A stretch of DNA of 64,000 nucleotides, from assembly GCA_963810095.1 (NCBI GenBank), contig CAWEMM010000013.1, forward strand, positions 64,001-128,000. Reading direction: 5' to 3'. The notes under the pieces were generated by a model. It did not search any database and had not been told where the DNA came from. It was given only the letters and a program-made list of their open reading frames with translations. Both the position numbers and the translations under genes were made by a program. Below are positions 9,927-19,977 of this stretch, in pieces (the stretch's first letter is position 1; each line of letters starts with the position of its first letter). This stretch comes from an uncultured Chloroflexia bacterium. Lineage in GTDB: Bacteria > Chloroflexota > Anaerolineae > CG2-30-64-16.

Positions 9927-11660
9927 CTATTGGACGACGATGAACGTCGTCCCGTTGCTGCCGCCGTCGACGTCGTGGTTCGATGCTGCCGCGTACGTGT
10001 AGCCCGTCTTAGCGAGGTTGGTCACCGTGAAGGTGACGCTCTTTACGGTCAACTTCAGGCTAGGCTTGCTGATCTGGCACGTGCCCGACAGTCCCGTCGT
10101 GCATGCGACGGTGCCTGAGGCTCCCGCGCTCCAATTCCCCGTCACGACGACGCCCGCGATGGGCGTGTCCTTCGCGTCGTGCGCCGTGATCGTTACGGTG
10201 GGGCTCCAGTTCTTCTTCGAGACGTTGGTCGCTCCATCCAGATCGCCCACGTGCGTGCTCAGCGCGGCGAGCGTAGTCGCAGCCGTGGGGCCGGCGTAAG
10301 CCGAACTGCCGCCGCTGTTGTAGGCCCGCACCCGGAAATAATAAGCTGTGCCCGGGGCGAGCCCGCTGCTGGAGACACTCGTCACATTTGCGCCGACGGC
10401 GGCGACCTGCGTCCAGCCCGTGCTTCCGTCAGCCGAACGCTCGACCTGGAAGCCGTCCTCGTCCATCGAGAGGTCGCTCCAAGTGAGATCAATCTGCGAC
10501 TGCGATGCGGCAACGGCAGCGAGATTTGCGGGCGCAGCGGGCGCGCTGACCGTCGCGGGGCTCAGGATCCCGAAAATGTTCGTGTTGTCGATCTGCGCTC
10601 CGGTGATCTGTTCGGCGCCCGCACCCTTGGCGAAGACCCGGACGGGCGTCGTGCTGTGTCCCGTCGTGGTCCAGGTGATCGACGGAACGACGCCAACGCC
10701 GTTGTTCACCACGTTGGTGATGCCACCCGTCTCATGGTCGCCGACAACCACGAACAGGGTGTTCGTCCAATCGGCCGCGGTCAGGGGATCGTTCACCCAG
10801 TCGACGGCCAGCTGCACGGCGTCCGAAAGCTCGGCCAACGACCGGACCATGTTCGTTGCGTCGTTCGCGTGGGCGTACTCGTCCACGCCCTCGTGCTCGA
10901 CCAGCAAATAGAAGCCGTCCGGATCGTTGTCGAGGATGTTAAGCGCCTCGGCGGTCATCTGCGGCAGGGTCGGGAGAGCTACGTCCCGGTTAGGGTAGCC
11001 GACCGGGGGGATCAGACCGCTGCCGAAGCCGCCGGCGACATAGGTCGTGGCCTCGGTGTTGAGCCCGAGCATGCCGCTCAGAGTGGTCACGACCGCGTAG
11101 CCGGCTCCAGAAGCGGTCGAGCCGCTGAAGCCGTTGCCGCCGCCGCCCAGGATGACGTTGGGTTTTGTTTGGTTTACGTAGTCCAGGAAAATGGCTGCGG
11201 AGTTGTTGCGGCTGGTCTCGTGCGCGCCGTGCGCCCCGGGTGTAGCGTCCGTCGTGTAGGACGTGGTCACCAACCCGGTGCTTTTGCCCCGGTCCCGGTG
11301 TGCTTCGAGCAGGGATCGCAGCACCGAGCCGTCGCCTGGCAGCCGTACGCTGATGACGCCGTTGTTAACCTTCACCCCCGTCGCCATCGCGGTCGCCGAC
11401 GCGGCCGAGTCCGTCAGGGTATTGCTCGCATTATTGTGGGTCATGGTCGTCTGGTTGGGGAAGGACTCGAACGACAGGCACGGCGTTGCGCCACAAACGT
11501 AGTAGCCGCCGGCTTCGACGTGCTTGCCCGCCATGCCGTCACCCTGGAACAGGATGACGTACTTGGCCGGCGTGGCGGCTTGTGCGGGTTCTGGGACGGT
11601 TGCTTGCATCAGTGGCAGGAAGACGAGGACGACGAGCAAGCGCGTGACGACATTGTGCAT
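9927..11660 (-). CDS. secreted alkaline phosphatase (PhoA family) with FN3 and a C-terminal beta domain
   Basis: GDGM, TDSAASATA (catalytic Ser), DATP, GDHETGG; FN3 LTW..GFQVERS..YYFRVRAYN. Confidence 0.9.
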   Translation of the reverse strand: MHNVVTRLLVVLVFLPLMQATVPEPAQAATPAKYVILFQGDGMAGKHVEAGGYYVCGATPCLSFESFPNQTTMTHNNASNTLTDSAASATAMATGVKVNNGVISVRLPGDGSVLRSLLEAHRDRGKSTGLVTTSYTTDATPGAHGAHETSRNNSAAIFLDYVNQTKPNVILGGGGNGFSGSTASGAGYAVVTTLSGMLGLNTEATTYVAGGFGSGLIPPVGYPNRDVALPTLPQMTAEALNILDNDPDGFYLLVEHEGVDEYAHANDATNMVRSLAELSDAVQLAVDWVNDPLTAADWTNTLFVVVGDHETGGITNVVNNGVGVVPSITWTTTGHSTTPVRVFAKGAGAEQITGAQIDNTNIFGILSPATVSAPAAPANLAAVAASQSQIDLTWSDLSMDEDGFQVERSADGSTGWTQVAAVGANVTSVSSSGLAPGTAYYFRVRAYNSGGSSAYAGPTAATTLAALSTHVGDLDGATNVSKKNWSPTVTITAHDAKDTPIAGVVVTGNWSAGASGTVACTTGLSGTCQISKPSLKLTVKSVTFTVTNLAKTGYTYAAASNHDVDGGSNGTTFIVVQ

Positions 11661-11999
11661 GGCTGTGGTCCTTTGGATAGCAGGCGGTGGATGCGGTCGG
11701 GCAACCGCGGCGAAGTTCGCCTAGCAGGTATTCTAGCCGATTATTGATTTCTCGCCAACTTCCCCAAGTCCCGGGGAGGGAGGCAGGCCAGCCGCCGTGG
11801 TTTGCGACCGCGACGCCCTCGCGGTGTGCGCCGGTGGGCGCCGCCCATAGGATGTTCGTATAGGTCGAATTCCATACCAACGGATGTGGCGCTCTGAAAC
11901 GCTCTGTGGTATCCTCCAACACGGCCCAACTATCAGCTGCGGCTGCACGCGAAACGCGGCCGCCTCACTCATCCTACACCTTGGGGGAGAACTGCACTC

Positions 12000-12452
12000 A
12001 TGTCGTCGAAGAAAAATCAGCAGAAGTCCGCGCACAAGGGCAACGCCTCCGCCCGGCAGGGGCAAGGCGCGGCCGCCCAGAAGGCCAATCCGCCCGTCGT
12101 GAAAAAGCAGCGGGGCGGGTGGCTCACCGCCATGATCATCATCATTGCGATTCACGGCGTCTTCAATACGATCGCGCTACTTTCGTTCCGCGATACGGGG
12201 AAGTGGGCGACCGTGCCGCCGTGGTTGTTGGCAGCCGCCTTGTTTGACGGGGTTGCGACCGTCCTCGCGGCAGTCGGGCTGTGGTACTGGAAGCGCTGGA
12301 GCCTGTACCTCTACCTGGCCGCGACGGCGGCGAGCATCGCAGTCGGCCTGTTCGTCTACCCGAGCATGATCGCGGTGTTCTACAACCTGGTTCCCGTGCT
12401 GATCCTGGTCTATATCCTGACCGGGCAGAAGAAAATGGCGCTGCTGGCCTAA
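12000..12452 (+). CDS. small 4-TM membrane protein
   Basis: Basic N-terminus plus four hydrophobic helices; GGAG RBS. Confidence 0.8.
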   Translation: MSSKKNQQKSAHKGNASARQGQGAAAQKANPPVVKKQRGGWLTAMIIIIAIHGVFNTIALLSFRDTGKWATVPPWLLAAALFDGVATVLAAVGLWYWKRWSLYLYLAATAASIAVGLFVYPSMIAVFYNLVPVLILVYILTGQKKMALLA

Positions 12453-12487
12453 GCGCACTCCCGCGGCAAACCGAATCACCACCCCCG

Positions 12488-12522
12488 GGGCCGGCCTTCG
12501 CAATGAGGGCCGGCCTCTTGGT
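12488..12522 (+). terminator. putative terminator hairpin
   Basis: ggccggccttc-gcaat-gagggccggcc followed by a T-rich tract. Confidence 0.5.
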
Positions 12523-12594
12523 TTCCCGTCTCCATCCGTGGCGGCAGGGACCGCACTTTGTGCGGCTCGGGGGCATGTGTGATATAAGTTATGC

Positions 12595-15304
12595 ATGCCT
12601 CGCACTCTTTTCGCTCCCATCGTACTGTTCGCCTTGATCCTGTCGGCCGCGGCATTCGGCGCGGTTGGTGTGCCGCTGCGCGTCGAGCCGGCCGCGCCGG
12701 CCCCTCCCGACCGCGCCGCCGAGTCCGGCGCGGGTCACGGCCCCGGGCGGGGCGCCCGGCGTCTACAGCGTCGACTATCTGTACCCGTCGACCCAGCTCG
12801 ACCCCGCCGTCTACCCCGTCGATGGGCAGCTTGGGTTCTTTGTGTGGCGCGACCTGAACCCCGCGCAGGGCAGGTACGACTGGGAGCCGGGCATGCCGGG
12901 TATGCTCCCTGACTGGATCATGAAGCAGGCCGACGCTGGGCTGCGGGCGGCGATCATGGTTTCGACGTACGACGGGAGCGATGCGAACGACATCCGCTCC
13001 ACGCCCAACTGGGTCATCAAGCTGCCCGACGCGGTCCTGCCCGTCACGCTGACCAACGGCTTGCCGCACTACATCGACTATTACCACCGCCGTTCCAGCC
13101 GGGGCCTTAACGGCGAGTTTGACCTGGATGCGAAATACTGGACGATCAGTGACACCACCGCGATCACGCTGACCAAGTCCGCGCCTCACGACGATCACGT
13201 GTCTGAAACGGCCACCCGGCCCGACCGGCCTGCCAGCGGCCCGGCATTGAGGCTCGGCGGCGCAAACAACGTCGACGCGCTGATCACGCACGACCCCGAG
13301 CAGGTGCCCGCGATGCCGGCCAGCCTGGCCGGGCAGACCAACGCATACGTCACCGCGCGCGTCAACATCGTCACGACCGACCCCAATCCGAACGACCACC
13401 TCTACCTGGAAGTAATGGACGCGGACGGGAACCGGCTGGGCAACGGTGCGCAGGTCGACGTCGCCAACACCGCGCACGCAGGCCGGGCCGCTTCCTACTG
13501 GCAGGAGTATCAGCTGGATATCACGCCATTCGCCCTGGAGAAGAATATCAGGGTGGCGTTCCGGGTGGCGACCGACGCGGCAAACCCCACAACCTTTTAC
13601 GTGGACAACGTCCAGCTGCGCGTGCGTCACCTGATCCCCAAGTACTGGTCCGACTCGTACAAGCAGGCCTATAAACAGTTCATCACGGCGCTTGGTGCGC
13701 GCTACCGCGCCACCCCGGCGGGCGCCGATCCGCGCTTCGACCTCGCCTACGTGGCGATTGGCACGGGCGTCTACGGCGAAAGCCAGCCCACCCAGGACAA
13801 CCCCGAGTGGGAGTACGGCACGACGTTCGACCACGTGGTCAAGAACGCGGGGCTTGACACGACCCAGAAGTGGCAGGCTTGGGTGAACGAGATTACCGCC
13901 GCGTATGCAACAGCCTTCGCAAGCGCGGCCGGCAGTCCACCCGTCAAGCCCCTGCTCCTCCAATTCGCGCCGACCTTCATCGATCCGGAAGAGAAGGGCT
14001 ACACGACCGACTACGCGGCCGGGCTGGGCGTCGGCCTGTCCTACAACCGGCTGATCCCCGAATGGGTGAACCTGTTCCGCAACAACCGGGCCGGCGGGTA
14101 TGACCCGATGCGTTTGTACTGGGGCAAGGTGCCGACAGCCTACGAGGGCGACAACTGGGATCTTGGCTGCTCGCCCGTGCTGACGTACTGGGCTGTGTGG
14201 GGTGCGGTGGCGCGGCACGTCGACTACCTGCGCGTCGCGCCCGATCTGCTCCAGGATGCTGCCGGCCGGCCCACCGTGCATAACGCGCCGTTCGCGTGGG
14301 CGCGACCCTACATCGGCAAGACGGTCCAGAGCGCGCCGCGCGTCTGGACGATTCTGCGCGAGCACCGCAACCCGGCCATGCAGCGCTGCGGTTACCTGAA
14401 CTACGACACGGACCAGTGGGGCTCGACCTACCCCGAGTACGGCAATTTCAATTACTGGCTGGCGCAGGACGACACGATCGCCGGCGGCCGCACTGTAGCC
14501 GAGACGAACGACAAGGGCGCCGACCGGCGCTACGCCAAGGACCCGGCGACGGGCAATGCCAACACCTACGCGGGCCTCGGCAACTGCCCCCCCAAGGCCT
14601 ACGGTGCGATCTACAACTCGAACCCGCCGGTCTGCAATCCTGAGCCCTACAACCCAAACCTGCCCGCGCTCAAGGGCCAGGACCCGGCAAACTACAAGGA
14701 CTACTACAATCCGAACGACTGGACGGGCGAGGGCAAGGAAGCCTACGTCGTGCGCCGGACCGACCAGGCCGGGGCGAACCCGTTTATGTTCTTCCGCATC
14801 GACGACGGCTACATTGGCGCGGGCCGGCCGAGCCGGAGCGTGAAGTTCACGATTGGCTACTTCGATATCGGCATGGACCGGTGGTCGCTTAGGTACCACT
14901 CGACGGCGGGGGAGAAGGTTGCGGGGACGGTCACGAAGGGTGGCACGAAGGCGTACAAGGAGATCAGCTTCACGGTGAACGATGCCGCGCTGGCGAACGG
15001 GCTGACGGGGGGCGCGGACTTCTCCCTGGACAGCCGGGCGCCCGACGGGACCGCCGACGGGGACGAGTGGGTCCACCAGGTCACCGTCGAGCGGCTGGAC
15101 GCGCCCGTAGGTGGCACCGAGACGCCGACCCCCAGCCCCACGCCGACCCAGACCCTGTCGCCCACTGGGCTGCCGTCTGAGACGCCGACCGCAACCGCAA
15201 CGGTTACGCCGGCGGCAACGGTCACGGCGACAGCCACGGTCAGGCCGGACCCAATCGCCACGCCAGAGGGAGTGCGGCTGTTTCTGCCGGTGATCAGGCA
15301 CTAA
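12595..15304 (+). CDS. large secreted glycoside-hydrolase-like protein with PT linker and C-terminal LFLPVIRH (frameshift near 12720)
   Basis: Signal peptide MPRTLFAPIVLFALIL; FVWRDLNPAQGRYDW and TPNWV...PKYW resemble GH42/DUF4832-type barrels; Thr/Pro tail. Confidence 0.75.
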
Positions 15305-15418
15305 TGAGTGCAGTGAACAAGGCCGGTAGCAGACAGGGTTGGTTCTACCCGGAGTTCTAGCTTCCGGCGCTTGCCGAGCTTCGCTCAGGGTCGAAACCCC
15401 GAATGTGGCGGGCTACTT

Positions 15419-15670
15419 TCAACCTTCGTTCGGTTTGTCGGGGCCGTCGGCTTTCAGCGGGGCCAGGTCTTTCGCCAGGATCTCACGGCCGCACTGGGGG
15501 CAGGCGGCAATCGGTTCCTTCCCAGGCACCGGGTCCATGCCGCTGCGCTCTTGGGCGGGGAAGAAGAGGTTGTCGTCGCCGACGAAGATGGCGCGGCCGC
15601 AGCGGTGGGTCTTGAGCACGAGGCCGTAAGCCTTCATGCGCTGGGCCTGGCGTTTCCTGCGAGTTGTCAT
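15419..15670 (-). CDS. small putative zinc-ribbon protein
   Basis: HRC...CPQC motifs; AGGA RBS. Confidence 0.55.
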   Translation of the reverse strand: MTTRRKRQAQRMKAYGLVLKTHRCGRAIFVGDDNLFFPAQERSGMDPVPGKEPIAACPQCGREILAKDLAPLKADGPDKPNEG

Positions 15671-15738
15671 AATAGTTCCTGGTTTCTCTCAACCGTGGCA
15701 CGAGCTGCGTGAGCGCATCCGAGCATGAATCCAAACGG

Positions 15739-15753
15739 GCGGGGATGCATGAG
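15739..15753 (-). repeat. 15-bp duplicate of the tRNA-Sec 3' end (att-like)
   Basis: gcggggatgcatgag is identical to 15896-15910. Confidence 0.85.
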
Positions 15754-15896
15754 CGTGCGCCGAGCGAGCGGGTACCTGATTGTGCCGCGCTGCAGCCACA
15801 CACTCGTTTTAGGGTTTCTTATGCTCCCTTTCCTGTAAAGGAGAGCAAGACACCACTAGCTGTAGTGGGCTACCAGGTGCCGTTGCTACTAGATAG

Positions 15897-15990
15897 CGGG
15901 GATGCATGAGAGTCGAACTCACCTGTGCCGGGCCTACCGCCACACACCGGTTTTGAAGACCGGGGCCGTCACCGGACGACAAGCACCCCC
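15897..15990 (-). tRNA. selC: tRNA-Sec (UCA)
   Basis: 8-bp acceptor GGGGGTGC/GCATCCCC with G discriminator; 6-bp D stem and 4-nt loop; anticodon loop CT-TCA-AA; long variable arm; TTCGA T-loop. Confidence 0.95.
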
Positions 15991-15997
15991 ACCGGCT

Positions 15998-16026
15998 ATG
16001 TTACACGCGATGCCCCCCGCCCGCAA
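15998..16026 (-). promoter_or_regulatory. sigma70-type promoter of selC
   Basis: TTGCGG-N17-TAACAT, ending 7 nt before the tRNA 5' end. Confidence 0.65.
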
Positions 16027-16219
16027 AACCGTCCCCCCGTTTCACCACCTCCCACCCAAACAACATGACCTTTTGGGGGATTGACTAGGACAGAATTTGT
16101 GATAGTCTGTTCGATGAAACCAGCACTGCAAACGGCGCTCCGCCGCGCCGCGCCAGACAGACCTGTCCGTGGTGACAGCAAGGCAGAATGTCACCTCTCT
16201 CCCACCGCCTGGAGGAACT

Positions 16220-19200
16220 ATGAGGAAACAAGGTCGTCAGTATGTCGTCTCGATCCTGGTCACCGCTCTCCTGCTTCTGGCCGCCGTCATTCCTGCGGCC
16301 GCCCAAACGGCAGAGCCGAAGTTGCCGTCCCACCTGCAGATCGTCCAGGGCGCCGACACAGAAACCTGGAGCCAAACCCCAGGCAGCCAGGCCACAGGCC
16401 GCGTGCAGATCGTCATGCACGTCGACCGGTCGCCGTTGGCCGTGGTCGGCAAGTTCTGGAGCCACGAGCAGCGCCGCCAGTACGTCCAGGAGACGATGGC
16501 GCTCCAGGACACCCTCATCCCGCAAGTTGAAGCCTTAGGCGGCCAGGTCGTCGGCCGCTTCCTCGAGGCCTCCTCGGGCCTCGCGGTCACCATCGACGCG
16601 GACCAAGTGCAAAACCTGCGCGGCCTGAACCACGTGGCCGGCGTGCGCGGGATCGGCAACTACCAACTGGACCTGACCGAAACGGTCCCGTGGATCGGCG
16701 CCGCTGCGGTGCAAGCCGCGGGCACGACGGGCACGCACCACTGGACGTCCAACGGCCTCGACGTGGCCGTGATCGACTCGGGCATCGACTTCACTCACTC
16801 GAAATTCGGCGGCCCCGGCACAGCCGAGGCTTACGCGCAAGCCTACTGCGGCGATCCCACGAAGACGCCCGCACGCGGCTGCGGCCCGGCCTACACGCTC
16901 GCGCCCGACCCCGCCCTCTTCGGCCCCGGCCACAAGGTCGTCGGCGGTTATGACTGGGTGGGCGAGAACTGGCCGACCTACTCGGCCGGCATCCAGCCCG
17001 ATTCCAACCCGATCGCGCTCAAGGGCTCGGGCAACCACGGCACGCATGTGGCCGACATCATCGGCGGCCTGGAATCCGCGCCGGGCGCGGCCGACCAGGG
17101 CGTGGCGCCGGGCGTGAACCTGTGGGCGTTCAAGGCCTGCAGCGCAATCTCGACCTCGTGCAACGGCTTGGCCATGCTGCTCGCCATCGACGATGCGCTC
17201 GACCTGGACAACTCGGACCAGGGCGCGTGTACGCCGGGTGTGGACGCGAACTGCACGACCTTCGACCCGGCCGACGTGATTAACATGTCCATCGGCTCGC
17301 CCTACGGCCAGCCCGAGGACGACGCGACCCACTTCGCCAACATCGCCTCCTACTACGGCACCGTGGTGGTGGCCTCGGCGGGCAACAGCGGCGACCGGCC
17401 CTATATCCTCGGCTCGCCTTCCGCAGGCGCAGGCGTGATCAGCGCGGCCGAGAGCACCGTCCCGTCGGCCAAGCTGGAGAAGGTGACTGCCGGCTCGGTG
17501 ACCGCGGGCGGGCTGTGGCAGGCGTGGTCGCCGGCCATCAGCGGACCCATCAGCGGCGACCTCCAGTACGGCGACGGCGCGGGCGGCAACACGCTCGGCT
17601 GCTCGGCCTTCCCGGCCGGCTCGCTGGCCGGCAAGGTGGTGCTGCTCGATCGCGGCACGTGTGCCATCAGCATCAAGGGGGCGAACGCCAGCGCGGCCGG
17701 CGCAGTCCTCGTCCTGGTCGCCAACAATGCCTTCTCGAATACCCCGCCCAACTTCTCCTACGGCGGCGGCACCATTACAGCGCCGGTGCTGAGCATCACG
17801 CAGACCGACGGCGTCAACCTCAAGACGGTCCTCGGGCAGGCTGCCGCCGTCGATCCGGCCAGCCCCATCCTGTTGCCCGACGACATCGTCGCGACCTCGT
17901 CGCGCGGCCCGCGCACAGCCGACGGCTCGATCAAGCCGGACATCTCCGCCCCCGGCGCGAGCGTCTCGGCCGAGGCGGGCACGGGCACGGGCAAGACGGC
18001 GTTCGGCGGCACTTCAGGTGCGGCCCCGATGGTCGCGGGCGCGGCGGCGCTGGTCGTGCAGAACCTCGAACAGCGGGGCATCCTCAACGATGCGAACCCC
18101 GGCGTGGTCCGGCCCGGCATCTCGATGACGCCGCTGGTCAAGGCCATGCTGCAGAACACTGCGAACCCGAACACATACATCGGCGGCAGCGCAGCGAACG
18201 GCGGCAAGGGCTTCCTGGCCCCGATTACGCTGCAAGGTGCGGGACGGGTCGACTCGCTGGCTGCGTACAACACCGGCGCGGTGGCGCTCGATGTGACGGA
18301 CCTGGCGAACTGGCTGGAGCAGCGCAAGACAGGCGTCTACGACGTACCCTGCACCGTCTCGGCCTCCCCGCTGCACAGCGAGACCGCGCTGCTGCTCGGC
18401 GTCACCCTGCCCGAGTGGTTCGATCCCAGCGCCTTCGGCTGCCTGAGCGCCTACCCGTTCGGCAACGACTTCTTCAATGCCTGGAACACGATCGCCGGCA
18501 GCCTCTCGTTTGGCTATGACGGCGTGTCGGCGAACTACTCGGAGACACGCAAGGTGCTGGTGGTCAACCTGACCGACCAAGCCCAGACCTACAACTTCAC
18601 CCCATCCTTCCGCTACGTGGACGACGAAGGGAAGGGCGTCACGCTGAGCATCTCGCCGTCGACGCTGACCGTACCGCCGAAGACGCTGCTCAACCCGGAC
18701 GTCGATAACCTGGTGGTGAATGTGACGCTGACGGTCGATCCTGAAGGGCTGCGGCCGTGGACGCTGGACGCGGGCACATTCGGTGCGTCGGGCACGGATA
18801 TCTACTGCGACACAAGCGCGCCGGGCGCGATCAACCCGAAGACCGGCTGCCCGACCCTCACCATGTTCGAGTACGACGGCTACGTGACCATCGGCAACGG
18901 GCAGGGCGGCGCGATCCGCATGCCGTGGCAGATCCTGCCGAAGAAGGCGGGCGACACGGCCGTGCTGAGCAAGGTCGGCCGCGTGATCACTCTGCAGAAC
19001 ACCTCGCCTTCGGTGAATACCCGGGCGGACGCGTTTGCGCTGGTAGAGCAAAGCCCGAACAACTGCGAGATCGTCGACGGAAACAACAACTGCCTCGATG
19101 CGAACTACGTGCCCGGCATCCTGCCCGGCATCAACACGACCGCGATCGACATGAAGGATGTGGGCGTGCGCGGATACACGGTGCCCGACATCAGCAAGTG

Positions 19201-19813
19201 GCTGAAGTTCGCGGCCAACGTCCCACCGAACGACGACGTGATCGACTTCGGCGTCACGGTGTACGACAAACCGTTCCGTGCGTCGCACAACTACCCGGTC
19301 GAGTTCGACGTGTACATCGACAGTAACGCGGACGGCACGTGGGACTACGTGGCTTTCAACGCCGACCTGACGCTCAACGCGGCGGACGGCCGCAATGCGG
19401 TGTTCGTGGCCGACGTAAACAGCGCGAACGGCGTAAGGCCGACCCGACCGTACTTCTTCGCGAACACGAACTTCAACTCGCAGAACTGGATCCTGCCGGT
19501 GCCCGCGGGCGCGGTGGACATCACGCCGACGACGAAGTTCAAGTTCCAGGTGCTCGCGTTTGACGCCTACTTCACCGGCAATCTGTGGGACTGCTCGCCG
19601 AACGACTGCACGTCGGCGCACACCTACACGGTGCGCTGGCCCAAGTACCGGCCCGGGCAGTACTTCTTCTCCGTGCCGTCGGCCTCGACCAAGCCCGTGC
19701 CCTTCCTGACCCCGATCCAGGGCCAGCTGGCCTCGCCGTCGCAGATCGGCCTGCTGTTCATGTACCGCGACGCGCCGGTGGAGAAGGAATCCGACTCGGT
19801 GCTGCTGCCGTAA
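16220..19813 (+). CDS. secreted S8 subtilase with PA domain
   Basis: Signal peptide; VAVIDSGID, HGTHVA, SAGNSG, GTSGAAP; PA domain GKVVLLDRGTC; GGAGG RBS. Confidence 0.95.
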   Translation: MRKQGRQYVVSILVTALLLLAAVIPAAAQTAEPKLPSHLQIVQGADTETWSQTPGSQATGRVQIVMHVDRSPLAVVGKFWSHEQRRQYVQETMALQDTLIPQVEALGGQVVGRFLEASSGLAVTIDADQVQNLRGLNHVAGVRGIGNYQLDLTETVPWIGAAAVQAAGTTGTHHWTSNGLDVAVIDSGIDFTHSKFGGPGTAEAYAQAYCGDPTKTPARGCGPAYTLAPDPALFGPGHKVVGGYDWVGENWPTYSAGIQPDSNPIALKGSGNHGTHVADIIGGLESAPGAADQGVAPGVNLWAFKACSAISTSCNGLAMLLAIDDALDLDNSDQGACTPGVDANCTTFDPADVINMSIGSPYGQPEDDATHFANIASYYGTVVVASAGNSGDRPYILGSPSAGAGVISAAESTVPSAKLEKVTAGSVTAGGLWQAWSPAISGPISGDLQYGDGAGGNTLGCSAFPAGSLAGKVVLLDRGTCAISIKGANASAAGAVLVLVANNAFSNTPPNFSYGGGTITAPVLSITQTDGVNLKTVLGQAAAVDPASPILLPDDIVATSSRGPRTADGSIKPDISAPGASVSAEAGTGTGKTAFGGTSGAAPMVAGAAALVVQNLEQRGILNDANPGVVRPGISMTPLVKAMLQNTANPNTYIGGSAANGGKGFLAPITLQGAGRVDSLAAYNTGAVALDVTDLANWLEQRKTGVYDVPCTVSASPLHSETALLLGVTLPEWFDPSAFGCLSAYPFGNDFFNAWNTIAGSLSFGYDGVSANYSETRKVLVVNLTDQAQTYNFTPSFRYVDDEGKGVTLSISPSTLTVPPKTLLNPDVDNLVVNVTLTVDPEGLRPWTLDAGTFGASGTDIYCDTSAPGAINPKTGCPTLTMFEYDGYVTIGNGQGGAIRMPWQILPKKAGDTAVLSKVGRVITLQNTSPSVNTRADAFALVEQSPNNCEIVDGNNNCLDANYVPGILPGINTTAIDMKDVGVRGYTVPDISKWLKFAANVPPNDDVIDFGVTVYDKPFRASHNYPVEFDVYIDSNADGTWDYVAFNADLTLNAADGRNAVFVADVNSANGVRPTRPYFFANTNFNSQNWILPVPAGAVDITPTTKFKFQVLAFDAYFTGNLWDCSPNDCTSAHTYTVRWPKYRPGQYFFSVPSASTKPVPFLTPIQGQLASPSQIGLLFMYRDAPVEKESDSVLLP

Positions 19814-19824
19814 CGCGACAGGAC

Positions 19825-19896
19825 CCGCCACGAATTACCCGAATTGAACGAGTCTATGCACGCTCCAATTTGGGTAATTCGTGCAATTCGTGGCGG
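19825..19896. repeat. periodic palindromic element (..GAAT 9-mers)
   Basis: ccgccacgaat-tacccgaat-tgaacgagt / atttgggta-attcgtgca-attcgtggcgg. Confidence 0.85.
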
Positions 19897-19977
19897 CCTC
19901 GTCAGCCATGACCCGAGGCAGAGACGGCTCTCCTTCCGCTGTCTCTGCCTCCTGCTTTAGAGGAAGGTTCCTCATCC

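Noticed and set aside
12476-15301. Long antisense or alternate-frame ORFs (941 aa here; also 31969-34122, 43339-45462, 52609-54666 and others)
   Set aside because: Shadows of real genes caused by high-GC codon bias; Arg/Gly-rich with no recognisable motifs
16110-16200. Possible riboswitch in the protease leader
   Set aside because: Hairpins are present but no recognisable aptamer consensus; an Rfam scan would be needed
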